Below, piece by piece: positions 52,635 through 61,168 of a DNA stretch of 64,000 nt (positions are counted from its first letter, which is position 1; every line of letters begins with the position of its first letter). The notes beneath the pieces are model-generated. The model made no database searches, had not been told where the DNA came from, and saw nothing but the letters and a program-made list of their open reading frames with translations. This DNA is from an uncultured Actinomycetes bacterium. GTDB lineage: Bacteria > Actinomycetota > Thermoleophilia > RBG-16-64-13. The translations under genes and the position numbers were made by a program. The DNA lies in the NCBI GenBank assembly GCA_963706025.1, contig CAVPLM010000005.1:480001-544000 (forward strand), in the 5' to 3' direction.

Positions 52635-54329
52635 CTACATCGTCTCGGGAGCGCTGACCCCCAGAAGGTCCAGACAGCGGAATATGACCCGCTTTGCCAC
52701 CAAGCAGAGAGCGAGTCGCGAGGCAGCCTTGCCGGGTTGCACTCCGATGACGCGGCAATGCTTGTAGAAGACGTGGAAATCGCCGGCCAGTTCTTGCGCG
52801 TAGCCGGCGATGCGGTGCGGGGCCCGCCGTTCGGCGGCGTCCTGCACCACCATCGAGAAGCTCTCCAGTCGCTTGACGAGATCCTTCTCGTAGGGAGAGG
52901 CGAACACGCCTGGGTGGGCCGGGACCGCGGCCTCGACGGCCTCGGGGACGTTGCGCAAGATGCTGGCTATGCGCGCGTGTGCATACTGTACGTAGTAGAC
53001 GGGGTTCTCCTGCGATTGCTGCCGGGCCAGACCGATATCGAGGTCGAGAGTCTGATCGTGGGAACGCATCACCAGGAAGAAGCGAGCCGCGTCCACCCCG
53101 ATGGCCTCGATCAACTCGGCCAAGGTCACCATCTCTCCGCGCCGGGTTGACATCTGTCGGAGTTCACCCTCCTCCAGCAAGTTGACCAGTTGGCCGATGA
53201 TGACCTCCAGCGTGCCCGGCCGGCCGGAGAGGATCTCCACGGCCGCCTTCATACGGGCCACGTAGCCGTGGTGATCGGCTCCCCAGATATTGATCAGATG
53301 CTCGAAGCCACGCTCCAGCTTGTCTTCGTGATAGGCGATGTCCGCGGCAAAATAGGTCGGCTGTTCGTTGCTGCGGATGAGCACCCGGTCCTTGTCGTCT
53401 CCTCGCGAAGAGGTGCGGAGCCAGATCGCATCCCCTTCCCGGTAGGCTTCCCCCTCATCCAGCAGCCGCTCTATCACCCGTTCCAAACGCCCGCTCTCGT
53501 GTAGCGTCGCCTCACTGAACCAGCGGTCGAACACCACCCCGAAACCTTCGAGCTCCGCTTTCATCTCTTCAAGCATGAGGGCGCAACCCCGGGACCGGAA
53601 GAAGCCGACCGCCTCCTCGACCTCCGGGAGCGCCGGCCATTCGGCTGCGCCCGCCGCCGCTAACCGGAGCGCCTCCACCCATCGATCGCCCACCTCGGCG
53701 CGGACCGTGGCGGCGACATCTTTGACGTAATCCCCCTGGTAGCCCTCGTCGGGCACCGGGAGATCGACGGCGAAGGACTGTGCATACCGTGCGGCTACGC
53801 TCCGTCCGAAGCGGTCCATCTGCCGTCCGAAGTCATTGATGTAGAACTCCGCGGAGACGTTGAGGCCGCTGAAGGCGAGGAGACGATGGAGGGAGTCGCC
53901 ATAGGCCGCGTAGCGCCCATGACCCACGTGCAGCGGACCATTGGGGTTCACGCTCACGAATTCCAGATTGATGCGCGGCTGAGAGCGCGCCGGACCCCGG
54001 CCGACGTCGTCTCCCTGCCCCAGCATCTCAGCCGTGGCTTCAGCGTAGGCCGCGCTGCTGAGCGTGAAATTGAGGAAGCCTGGGCCGGCTACCTCGATCT
54101 TGTCGACGAGCCGGGCCAGCTCCGCATCATCCAGCAGACGCCGGCGCAACTCCTCCGCCAGGGCCCGCGGCGCTTGCTTGGCGGTCTTGGCCATCTGCAT
54201 GCAGACAGGGGTGGCATAGTCACCGTGCGCTTCCTCGCTCGGACGAGCGAGCTCGCATGCGGGCACACCGACATAGCCCTGCTCTGCGGCCCACTCCGAG
54301 ACGACCCTCCTTACGTGTTCAGCCAACAC
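52635..54329 (-). CDS. argS: arginine--tRNA ligase
   Basis: GPGFLN, NPNGPLHVGH, GADHHGY, MSTRRG, NPVYYVQYAHAR, SAPETM. Confidence 0.97.
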   Translation of the reverse strand: MLAEHVRRVVSEWAAEQGYVGVPACELARPSEEAHGDYATPVCMQMAKTAKQAPRALAEELRRRLLDDAELARLVDKIEVAGPGFLNFTLSSAAYAEATAEMLGQGDDVGRGPARSQPRINLEFVSVNPNGPLHVGHGRYAAYGDSLHRLLAFSGLNVSAEFYINDFGRQMDRFGRSVAARYAQSFAVDLPVPDEGYQGDYVKDVAATVRAEVGDRWVEALRLAAAGAAEWPALPEVEEAVGFFRSRGCALMLEEMKAELEGFGVVFDRWFSEATLHESGRLERVIERLLDEGEAYREGDAIWLRTSSRGDDKDRVLIRSNEQPTYFAADIAYHEDKLERGFEHLINIWGADHHGYVARMKAAVEILSGRPGTLEVIIGQLVNLLEEGELRQMSTRRGEMVTLAELIEAIGVDAARFFLVMRSHDQTLDLDIGLARQQSQENPVYYVQYAHARIASILRNVPEAVEAAVPAHPGVFASPYEKDLVKRLESFSMVVQDAAERRAPHRIAGYAQELAGDFHVFYKHCRVIGVQPGKAASRLALCLVAKRVIFRCLDLLGVSAPETM

Positions 54330-54344
54330 CTTCCGCGGTCCTCC

Positions 54345-55367
54345 CTATTCCACGCGGGTGGGAGGGGCACCGATCAGCTCCTCCAGCTTGGTTATCTCCG
54401 GCGGCGTGCCGATGGCGATAATCTTGTCGCCCGGGTCCAACGGCAGGTCCGGGGAGGGGTTCGTGTCGAAGACCCCGCTGTGGGTACGCCGTACCGCGAG
54501 GATCGTGGCTCCCGTCCGCTCGCGTATGCGCAGGTCCTTGATCGACTGGCCGATGGCACAACACTGTGCGTTCAGCTCGAACTCCTCAAGCCGGAACTCC
54601 AATTCGCCACCGCCGGTGACCACTTCCAGGTAGTCGCTGACCAGTGGTTTGAGCATCAGCGTGGCCATCCGCCTGCCCCCTATCCCATAGGGTGACACCA
54701 CGTGGTCGGCCCCAGCCCGTTCGAGCTTGCTCTGGGTGTCCTCGGAGCCGGCCCGGGCGACGATGAGCAACCCCGGATTCAGCACCCGAGCCGAAAGAGT
54801 CACGAAGATGTTTCCAGCGTCAGACCCCACGGCAGCCACCAGACCCCTGGCCCGGGTGATGCCTGCCGCTTCGAGCACGTCGTCGGCTGCGGCGTCTCCA
54901 CGAACCGCCAGGAATCCCTCGGCCTCAGCCCGGGAAAGAACCTCGGGATCCTCGTCCACTACCACGAACTTGGCGCCGCTCCTCAGGAACTGTCGCGCCA
55001 CGCTCTCGCCCACGCGACCGTAGCCACATATGATGTAATGCTCCTCCAATCTGTCCACCTGCCGCTTCACCACCCTCCTCCGGAACGCGCCCGTGAGCTG
55101 ACCCCCGACTACGAACTCCCCCATGGCTCCTATGCCATAGAGTATGGTCCCCACCCCGCCGAAGATCAGCAGCAAGGTGAAGATCGACCCTGCAGACGAC
55201 AAGGGGTGGACTTCCCCGAAACCCACCGTGAAGATGGTGGTCACGGTCATGTAGAGCGAGTCTAGCAGGCCCCAACCCTCGATCAGCACAAAGCCGATCG
55301 TGCCGATCACCACGACAGCGAGGATCGCCGCGAGAACGACGAGCCCGGTCTTCAGTTCCTGTCGCAT
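54345..55367 (-). CDS. potassium channel with RCK (TrkA-N/TrkA-C) domains
   Basis: TVGFG selectivity filter, CGYGRVG Rossmann motif, C-terminal TrkA-C. Confidence 0.92.
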   Translation of the reverse strand: MRQELKTGLVVLAAILAVVVIGTIGFVLIEGWGLLDSLYMTVTTIFTVGFGEVHPLSSAGSIFTLLLIFGGVGTILYGIGAMGEFVVGGQLTGAFRRRVVKRQVDRLEEHYIICGYGRVGESVARQFLRSGAKFVVVDEDPEVLSRAEAEGFLAVRGDAAADDVLEAAGITRARGLVAAVGSDAGNIFVTLSARVLNPGLLIVARAGSEDTQSKLERAGADHVVSPYGIGGRRMATLMLKPLVSDYLEVVTGGGELEFRLEEFELNAQCCAIGQSIKDLRIRERTGATILAVRRTHSGVFDTNPSPDLPLDPGDKIIAIGTPPEITKLEELIGAPPTRVE

Positions 55368-55387
55368 CCGATCGCCGGTCTTCTTCC

Positions 55388-55849
55388 TTAGTGATGGTAG
55401 GGCTCGCCCCGCTCGATCTTCAGCGCCCTATAGAGTTGCTCCAGGACTATGCACCGGGCCATCTGATGAGGGAACGTGAGCGCAGAAAGCGACCATTGCG
55501 CCTGCGTGGCTGAGAGCACGCTCCGGTCAAGCCCGACGGCGCCTCCCAGTATAAACTGGAAGTGACTCAAGCCGTGCACCTTCCTGTCGGCCAGTAATGC
55601 GCTCCATTCCTCTGAAGAGTATTCCCGACCGCGGCTGTCGACGGCCACAGTGAAAGCCTCCGGGCGCAGGAGAGCAAGGAGCGCACTGCTCTCCCTGGCC
55701 CGCACCTGCTCGGTCGTGAGAGATCGTGGCGCCTCGGGAGTCTCGAGCACCTCTAGTTGAAGGTAGGGCCGCACCAAGTCCGCGTAGTGCCGCCAGATGG
55801 GGTGGTACTCACGAGCGAGGCGGCCCACACAGACCAGGGTCGCGCGCAT
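55388..55849 (-). CDS. rlmH: 23S rRNA pseudouridine-1915 N3-methyltransferase
   Basis: FILGGAVG, SLSALTFPHQMAR, EQLYRA, PYHH. Confidence 0.94.
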   Translation of the reverse strand: MRATLVCVGRLAREYHPIWRHYADLVRPYLQLEVLETPEAPRSLTTEQVRARESSALLALLRPEAFTVAVDSRGREYSSEEWSALLADRKVHGLSHFQFILGGAVGLDRSVLSATQAQWSLSALTFPHQMARCIVLEQLYRALKIERGEPYHH

Positions 55850-55855
55850 GATCCG

Positions 55856-56548
55856 TCAGATGAAAGGAAGCTCGTCGGTGTCATCTTCGTCGAGTGCATC
55901 GGACCGGCGCAGACGACGGAAGATGGGGTCCTTCAAGATGCTGGGCATGTTCCGCCACAGACACAAGTCCGCTTTGAGGTAGCGTTCCTTGATCTCGGGC
56001 GAGCACTCCAGAGTGCAGGTGAGGCAGAACTCCTCCTCCACCGATATTTTCTCGCGCCCGGGTCGCTCCCCCTCGTCCACACGACGATATGCCTCGAGGA
56101 GGAGGTTCTCGACGTTGATGGAAGGGATCACATTGAACTGGACCGGTCGCGAAGGTACGACGAATCGAAACGTGCCGGTATTCCAGTACATGAGCTGCAT
56201 GATCTGGTCGGCGGTATGACGGTTGACGATCTCGACCAGGACTTCCGGCTCCGCCTCGGCCGCATCAAGAAGAGCCGCCAGTACCGGCTGCTCCTCGTCG
56301 GCCTGGGAGTATCTCATCCAGCATTCCTTCGCCTTGCTCTCTGCGAGAGTCCCTGTAGCCACCAGTTTCGCTCCCAGCGCCTCATCGGAGAGCGGCATGC
56401 TGATGGCGTCGATCCGCCCATTGGAAAGATATATGGCTCCGAACTCCTCGAAATCCTGGATCTCGAGCACTCCCGACCTCCGTTGGGAGGCAAGGAACTG
56501 GAGGATGCTAAAGAGTGGGAACTCCCGGATGTTGCCCCAGAGGATCAT
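55856..56548 (-). CDS. DUF4388 domain protein
   Basis: GNIREFPLFSILQFL..RSGVL..GAIYLSNGRI, WNTGTFRF, LLLEAYRRVDE; Cys-rich tail (CLTCTLEC). Confidence 0.8.
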   Translation of the reverse strand: MILWGNIREFPLFSILQFLASQRRSGVLEIQDFEEFGAIYLSNGRIDAISMPLSDEALGAKLVATGTLAESKAKECWMRYSQADEEQPVLAALLDAAEAEPEVLVEIVNRHTADQIMQLMYWNTGTFRFVVPSRPVQFNVIPSINVENLLLEAYRRVDEGERPGREKISVEEEFCLTCTLECSPEIKERYLKADLCLWRNMPSILKDPIFRRLRRSDALDEDDTDELPFI

Positions 56549-56635
56549 GTCCAGATTCTAACCCAAAGTGCACCGGGGTTGTGGGGTCGACGCGCGTTGC
56601 TAGGCAAACCATCGATCCGGGCTTGCTCAGAAGGC

Positions 56636-56664
56636 TTGACACAACGGGTCCCAGCACCCAAAAT
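56636..56664 (+). promoter_or_regulatory. putative sigmaA promoter of the DUF485-actP operon
   Basis: TTGACA-N17-CAAAAT. Confidence 0.5.
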
Positions 56665-56738
56665 ACCGGGCACCTGTTCACATGAGGCGAAGGGGAAAAC
56701 CGGGTCGGTGACGACCATCACTCAATTGGGGGACGCGC

Positions 56739-57020
56739 ATGCTCCATGAACCAGCGACAGTACACGGGGTAGACGAAGCGGCTGCCTACAAGAAACGCCT
56801 TGGGCTGTGGATGTTGCTCTTCTATAGCGTTCTGTACATCATCTTCATCATCATCAACGTCGTCTGGCCAAAGTCCATGGGCACCATCGTGGTGTACGGG
56901 CTGAACCTCGCGATCGTCTACGGCTTTGCGCTGATCATCATAGCCTTTCTCCTAGCTATCGCCTACAACTGGCTGTGCACCAGGCACGAGAAGTCGTTCG
57001 AAGGCGAGGAGAAGGCCTAG
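56739..57020 (+). CDS. DUF485 (YjcH-like) small membrane protein
   Basis: Two TM helices, GLNLAIVYGF; directly upstream of actP, as in known yjcH-actP pairs. Confidence 0.85.
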   Translation: MLHEPATVHGVDEAAAYKKRLGLWMLLFYSVLYIIFIIINVVWPKSMGTIVVYGLNLAIVYGFALIIIAFLLAIAYNWLCTRHEKSFEGEEKA

Positions 57021-57021
57021 C

Positions 57022-59010
57022 ATGAATACGGTAGAGCCTCTCGCCATCATCATCTTCCTGTTGATCGTCGGCCTGGTCCTCTTCGTCTCTTTCTATACCG
57101 CACGCAGAGCCAGGTCCGCCAGCGGCTACTACGCAGCCGGGGGACGGATACACTGGGGAGTCAACGGTATCGCCTTCGCCGGCGATTACTTGTCTGCGGC
57201 TTCCTTCCTCGGCATCTGCGGTCTTATCGCCGTCTCCGGCTACGACGGGTTTCTCTACTCGATCGGCTACTTGGCCGGCTGGGTGGTCGCCCTGTTCGTC
57301 GTGGCGGAGCCGCTCAGGCGGCTCGGTCGCTACACGTTCACCGACGCTCTCGACGCCAAGTTCAACAAGCGCAGCGTGAAGCTCATGGCCGCGATCGCCA
57401 CGCTTATCGTGTCCATCTTCTACCTCATCCCTCAGATGGTGGGGGCAGGAGTGCTCATCGAGCCGCTCCTGGGCTTCCCTTACTGGGCGGGGGTAGTCTT
57501 GGTCGGCGCGATCGTCATAACCATCGTGGCCACTGCGGGAATGACTTCCACGACCTACGTGCAGTTCATCAAAGGCTCGCTCCTCATCGTCTTCGTCCTC
57601 GTGATCGTGGTGGCACTCTGCATACGCGGTTTTTCCACCGAGCCTGATCAGGGAGGCAGAGTCCCCTTCCATCACTACAAGACCATCACCGCGACGGAGA
57701 CCAACGGCACGATAACTCCGGACGACACCACCTACGAGGTTGTCGGCCAGCAAGACGTAACGGTCAAGGATAAGACCACCACGTTCGTCAAGCTCGACAG
57801 AGACGGGGTCGCCACCTGGTGGAAGATGACCACCGGCGATTCCGGAGTCGCGCTCCACGAGACGCAGGAGGTGGTGATCAAGGAGGACGGGACCAAGTAC
57901 GTCAACGGTGCTCCCGTGACCGACGACAATCAGTTGAGGCAGGTCAGCCACATGAGTCTCATCGCCGGCGAGACATACACCGACGGTGGCGCCGTGAATC
58001 CCTTCAAGTTCCTCGCCCTGATCGGCGATCCTGAGTCCACCATCAACCTATGGAAGAAGGCCGCGTTCGAGGACGGCGGCGACCAGGTGTCTGTGTACTA
58101 CTCGGTGCCTGTCTCGGGCGACACGGTAGTCAAACCGGGTCAATCGTTCAAGCTCGAGGGCTCGGTCCTGGACCGGGTCGACTTCGTCTCCCTCATGATC
58201 GCTCTCTTCCTGGGAACAGCCGCGCTGCCACACATCCTCATACGCTACTACACCGTGCCCAGCCAGAGAGCGGCCCGCAAGTCGACGGTGGTCGCCATCG
58301 CCGCGATCGGCTTTTTCTACATACTCACACTCTTCATGGGCCTCGGGGCCATGACGAGCAACACGGTGAATGTTTTGGACAACAACATGTCGGCGCCGCT
58401 TCTGGCTCGATCGTTCGGGACCTTCCTGTTCGCCATGATCTCGGCCATCGCCTTCGCGACCGTCCTCGGGACCGTGAGCGGCCTGATCATCGCCGCCTCC
58501 GGCGCGGTCGCCCACGATCTCATGGACCGCTTCGGCGGCTTGATCAAAAACGACAAACAGAAAGTGGTCGCAGGACGGGTCGCCGCCTTTGTGGTGGGAG
58601 CCATCGCGATCCTTCTCGGCATAGCGTTCCAGGGCATCAACGTGTCTTTCTTGGTGGGTCTTGCCTTTGCGGTGGCTGCGTCGGCGAACCTGCCCTGCAT
58701 CATCATGATGCTCTTCTGGAAGCGAACTACATCGAAGGGTATGGTCGCGTCCATCATCGTGGGCATCGTGGCTTCGGTGGGCATCATCGTGTTCTCGCCT
58801 ACAGCGTGGGAGCTCTACGGACTCAATCCCGCCGATGCCCCCATCCCTCTCAAGAACCCGGGCATCATCTCCATCCCGCTGAGCTTCATCGCCATATATC
58901 TGGTGTCGAAGTTCACCAAGCCCGACATGATGGAGGAGCACCCGGTGACGGGACAGTACTCTGTTGCGGGGTCTCAGGGAGCTGTCGCGGAGACCGCGCC
59001 GGCCGAATAG
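57022..59010 (+). CDS. actP: cation/acetate symporter (SSS family) with a large extracytoplasmic insertion
   Basis: NGIAFAGDYLSAASFLG, YLIPQMVGAG, GTAALPHILIRYYTVP, AFATVLGTVSGL, AFAVAASANLP. Confidence 0.9.
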   Translation: MNTVEPLAIIIFLLIVGLVLFVSFYTARRARSASGYYAAGGRIHWGVNGIAFAGDYLSAASFLGICGLIAVSGYDGFLYSIGYLAGWVVALFVVAEPLRRLGRYTFTDALDAKFNKRSVKLMAAIATLIVSIFYLIPQMVGAGVLIEPLLGFPYWAGVVLVGAIVITIVATAGMTSTTYVQFIKGSLLIVFVLVIVVALCIRGFSTEPDQGGRVPFHHYKTITATETNGTITPDDTTYEVVGQQDVTVKDKTTTFVKLDRDGVATWWKMTTGDSGVALHETQEVVIKEDGTKYVNGAPVTDDNQLRQVSHMSLIAGETYTDGGAVNPFKFLALIGDPESTINLWKKAAFEDGGDQVSVYYSVPVSGDTVVKPGQSFKLEGSVLDRVDFVSLMIALFLGTAALPHILIRYYTVPSQRAARKSTVVAIAAIGFFYILTLFMGLGAMTSNTVNVLDNNMSAPLLARSFGTFLFAMISAIAFATVLGTVSGLIIAASGAVAHDLMDRFGGLIKNDKQKVVAGRVAAFVVGAIAILLGIAFQGINVSFLVGLAFAVAASANLPCIIMMLFWKRTTSKGMVASIIVGIVASVGIIVFSPTAWELYGLNPADAPIPLKNPGIISIPLSFIAIYLVSKFTKPDMMEEHPVTGQYSVAGSQGAVAETAPAE

Positions 59011-59031
59011 ACCCAGCTTGACGTCTGAAGG

Positions 59032-59071
59032 GAGAGGCCGCCGGATGCGATCCCGCATCCGGCGGCCTCTC
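59032..59071. terminator. 18-bp GC-rich hairpin between convergent actP and satP
   Basis: GAGAGGCCGCCGGATGCG-ATCC-CGCATCCGGCGGCCTCTC perfect inverted repeat. Confidence 0.75.
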
Positions 59072-59093
59072 GACTTCCAGGGAGTGCGCGCTC

Positions 59094-60149
59094 CTAGAAC
59101 ACGTCTTTGGCAGTGAGGGGAGCTCCGGTGTAACCGGCGCTCGCATAGTAGACCGCTCTGTCGAAGAACCTGCCCAGCTCGCGGTTGAGGTCCACCGCCT
59201 TCTGCAGATCCATGGCCGACTCCCATACCCCGTGGGTACGGGCCGACATCCATATCTCCCGTTTCAACAGCAGGATGGCGCTTATCAACTCAGGCAAAGG
59301 CAGTCCCTGGGCGGCTCTTGTCGTCCCGAGCCGGTGGAAGAACTCGCCTATGTCGGCCTCGGTGGGCTTGCCGGTGAAGTACTCGTCCACCTGGGTTAGG
59401 GCGAACTCACCTGCGCCTATCAGTTCGGCATCCGACACCACTCCGTACGAAGGCGTTTGCGGACTGCGCCGCAGGCTGTCCAGCCACAGAGTGGCTATCT
59501 CTTCCCCGTAATCCTGCACGAAGCCCCTCGAAAGCTGGCTGACGGGGCCCAGCGGCAGCAGAACCCGCTTGTAAGTCTCATTGAGTATCTGGGCACAGGC
59601 GGCATAGACCGCCGCAAGTCCGGTGATGATGCCTTCGTAGCCGGCGATCGTCCCCCAGACTGCTCCGCCTCCGAAATCGCGGATGGCGAGAAGGAAGAAA
59701 AGGATGGCCAGGAGGGCGAAGACCACCTGCAGGGCCCGATTGAGCTTGAGGGTGCCTACGAACATGTAGGCCGTGAAGAGCCCCCAGAAAACGAAGTACC
59801 AGGCCAGGGCGGTCTCGCTCGGTTTGGCGGCCGCGGCTGTGTCCGGAAAGATCGACGGGAGAAGCCAGATTCCCGCCAGCGTCAACCAGAACAACCCGTA
59901 TGAAGTGAAGGCCAGGGTCCCGAAGGTGTTGTTCTTCCGCCACTCCATGATCCCGGCGACGATCTGGGCCACACCGCCGTAGAAGATGCCCATGGCCAGG
60001 ATCATGGCGTTCAGCTCATAGAATCCTGCATTGTGGATATTGAGGAGGACGGTCGTGAGGCCGAACCCCATCAGCCCCAACGGAGCGGGGTTGGCGTTAG
60101 TGTCGAGCAGTTTGGTGACCGTTTCGGTCGAGATTAGTCCGTTCGCCAT
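59094..60149 (-). CDS. satP: SatP/YaaH (GPR1/FUN34) acetate channel fused to a C-terminal helical globin-like (RsbRD_N-like) domain
   Basis: [30 protein letters not shown]; about 145-aa extension with [28 protein letters not shown]. Confidence 0.88.
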   Translation of the reverse strand: MANGLISTETVTKLLDTNANPAPLGLMGFGLTTVLLNIHNAGFYELNAMILAMGIFYGGVAQIVAGIMEWRKNNTFGTLAFTSYGLFWLTLAGIWLLPSIFPDTAAAAKPSETALAWYFVFWGLFTAYMFVGTLKLNRALQVVFALLAILFFLLAIRDFGGGAVWGTIAGYEGIITGLAAVYAACAQILNETYKRVLLPLGPVSQLSRGFVQDYGEEIATLWLDSLRRSPQTPSYGVVSDAELIGAGEFALTQVDEYFTGKPTEADIGEFFHRLGTTRAAQGLPLPELISAILLLKREIWMSARTHGVWESAMDLQKAVDLNRELGRFFDRAVYYASAGYTGAPLTAKDVF

Positions 60150-60366
60150 CTACCAAGTACCTCCCATTGTGCCCACACGACCGTGTGCCCGTGATCAGTC
60201 ACCGACCGTCCCACCGCCAGGTTCCGGGCCGGACCGGTCGACACTATACTCGCGACCGGCAGGACTTGTCCACCCGAGTCGGATTTCTTGTAAAATGTTT
60301 TGGCCTCGTCGCGAGATGTGCCGGGGGTAATAAGAGTCCAATCAGAACGACGTCAAGAGAGACACC

Positions 60367-61134
60367 ATGACTGACATCATTCGGGTTGACCTGCACTGCC
60401 ATTCGTCGGCGAGCGACGGAGATCATTCGCCGGGCTACGTAGCCCACCAGTTGGCTACCGCCGGTGTAGTCTGGGCCTCCCTCGCCGATCACAATACGGT
60501 CGGGGGACTGGAGCGTTTCCGAGCGGCCGTCGAGAGACGAGGGATGCGCTATATCCCAGGCGTGGAGATGCATGCCCGGTCGCCCAAAGGGCCCGTGCAC
60601 CTGCTGGGCTATGGGGTCGACCCTGAGAACCAGCCTCTGCTGAGCGCATTACAGATACTGCGTCAACCCTGGCGGACTTCGGCCCGCCAGAGGCTCGCAC
60701 GAGTGTTCTCCCGGGGCAGGAGCGAGACACCAGAGACGGCGACCCGCCCCCCGGACGACGGTGATCCGTCACCCCAACACCAGCCCGACACTGCCGAGTC
60801 CATCCGTCTCATCCACCAGGCGGGAGGACGCGTCCTTCTAGCCCACCCGCTTGCAGGCCTGAAGACGATCGAGCGGCTCGAGGAATACCTGGACTGGCTA
60901 CAACCTCAGGGGCTAGACGGTATCGAGGCCTTCTACAAGTTGTACTTCCGCAGCACACAGCAGGAACTGCTGGAGCTCGCAGAACGCCGTGGCCTGCTGA
61001 CGACCGGTGGCAGCGATTTCCACGGGCTTCACAACCATGATGGAACCAGTCCCGGCGTCGAAATGCCGTTGGAGCAGCTGGAACGCTTTGTGGCAGCGGT
61101 GGGACTCCGACAAGAGCAGGATCTTGTTACCTGA
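60367..61134 (+). CDS. PHP domain phosphoesterase (YciV/TrpH-like)
   Basis: DLHCHSSASDG, DHNT, GVE, HLLGY, AHP, GGSDFHG. Confidence 0.9.
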   Translation: MTDIIRVDLHCHSSASDGDHSPGYVAHQLATAGVVWASLADHNTVGGLERFRAAVERRGMRYIPGVEMHARSPKGPVHLLGYGVDPENQPLLSALQILRQPWRTSARQRLARVFSRGRSETPETATRPPDDGDPSPQHQPDTAESIRLIHQAGGRVLLAHPLAGLKTIERLEEYLDWLQPQGLDGIEAFYKLYFRSTQQELLELAERRGLLTTGGSDFHGLHNHDGTSPGVEMPLEQLERFVAAVGLRQEQDLVT

Positions 61135-61168
61135 GGCGACCACGGTTAGCCGATCCTAAGGGGGAACG

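Noticed and set aside
56598-56635. GGCAAACCATCGA resembling the start of a c-di-GMP-I riboswitch upstream of DUF485-actP
   Set aside because: The GAAA tetraloop and GACGCAAAGC elements do not follow, and it lies upstream of the predicted promoter
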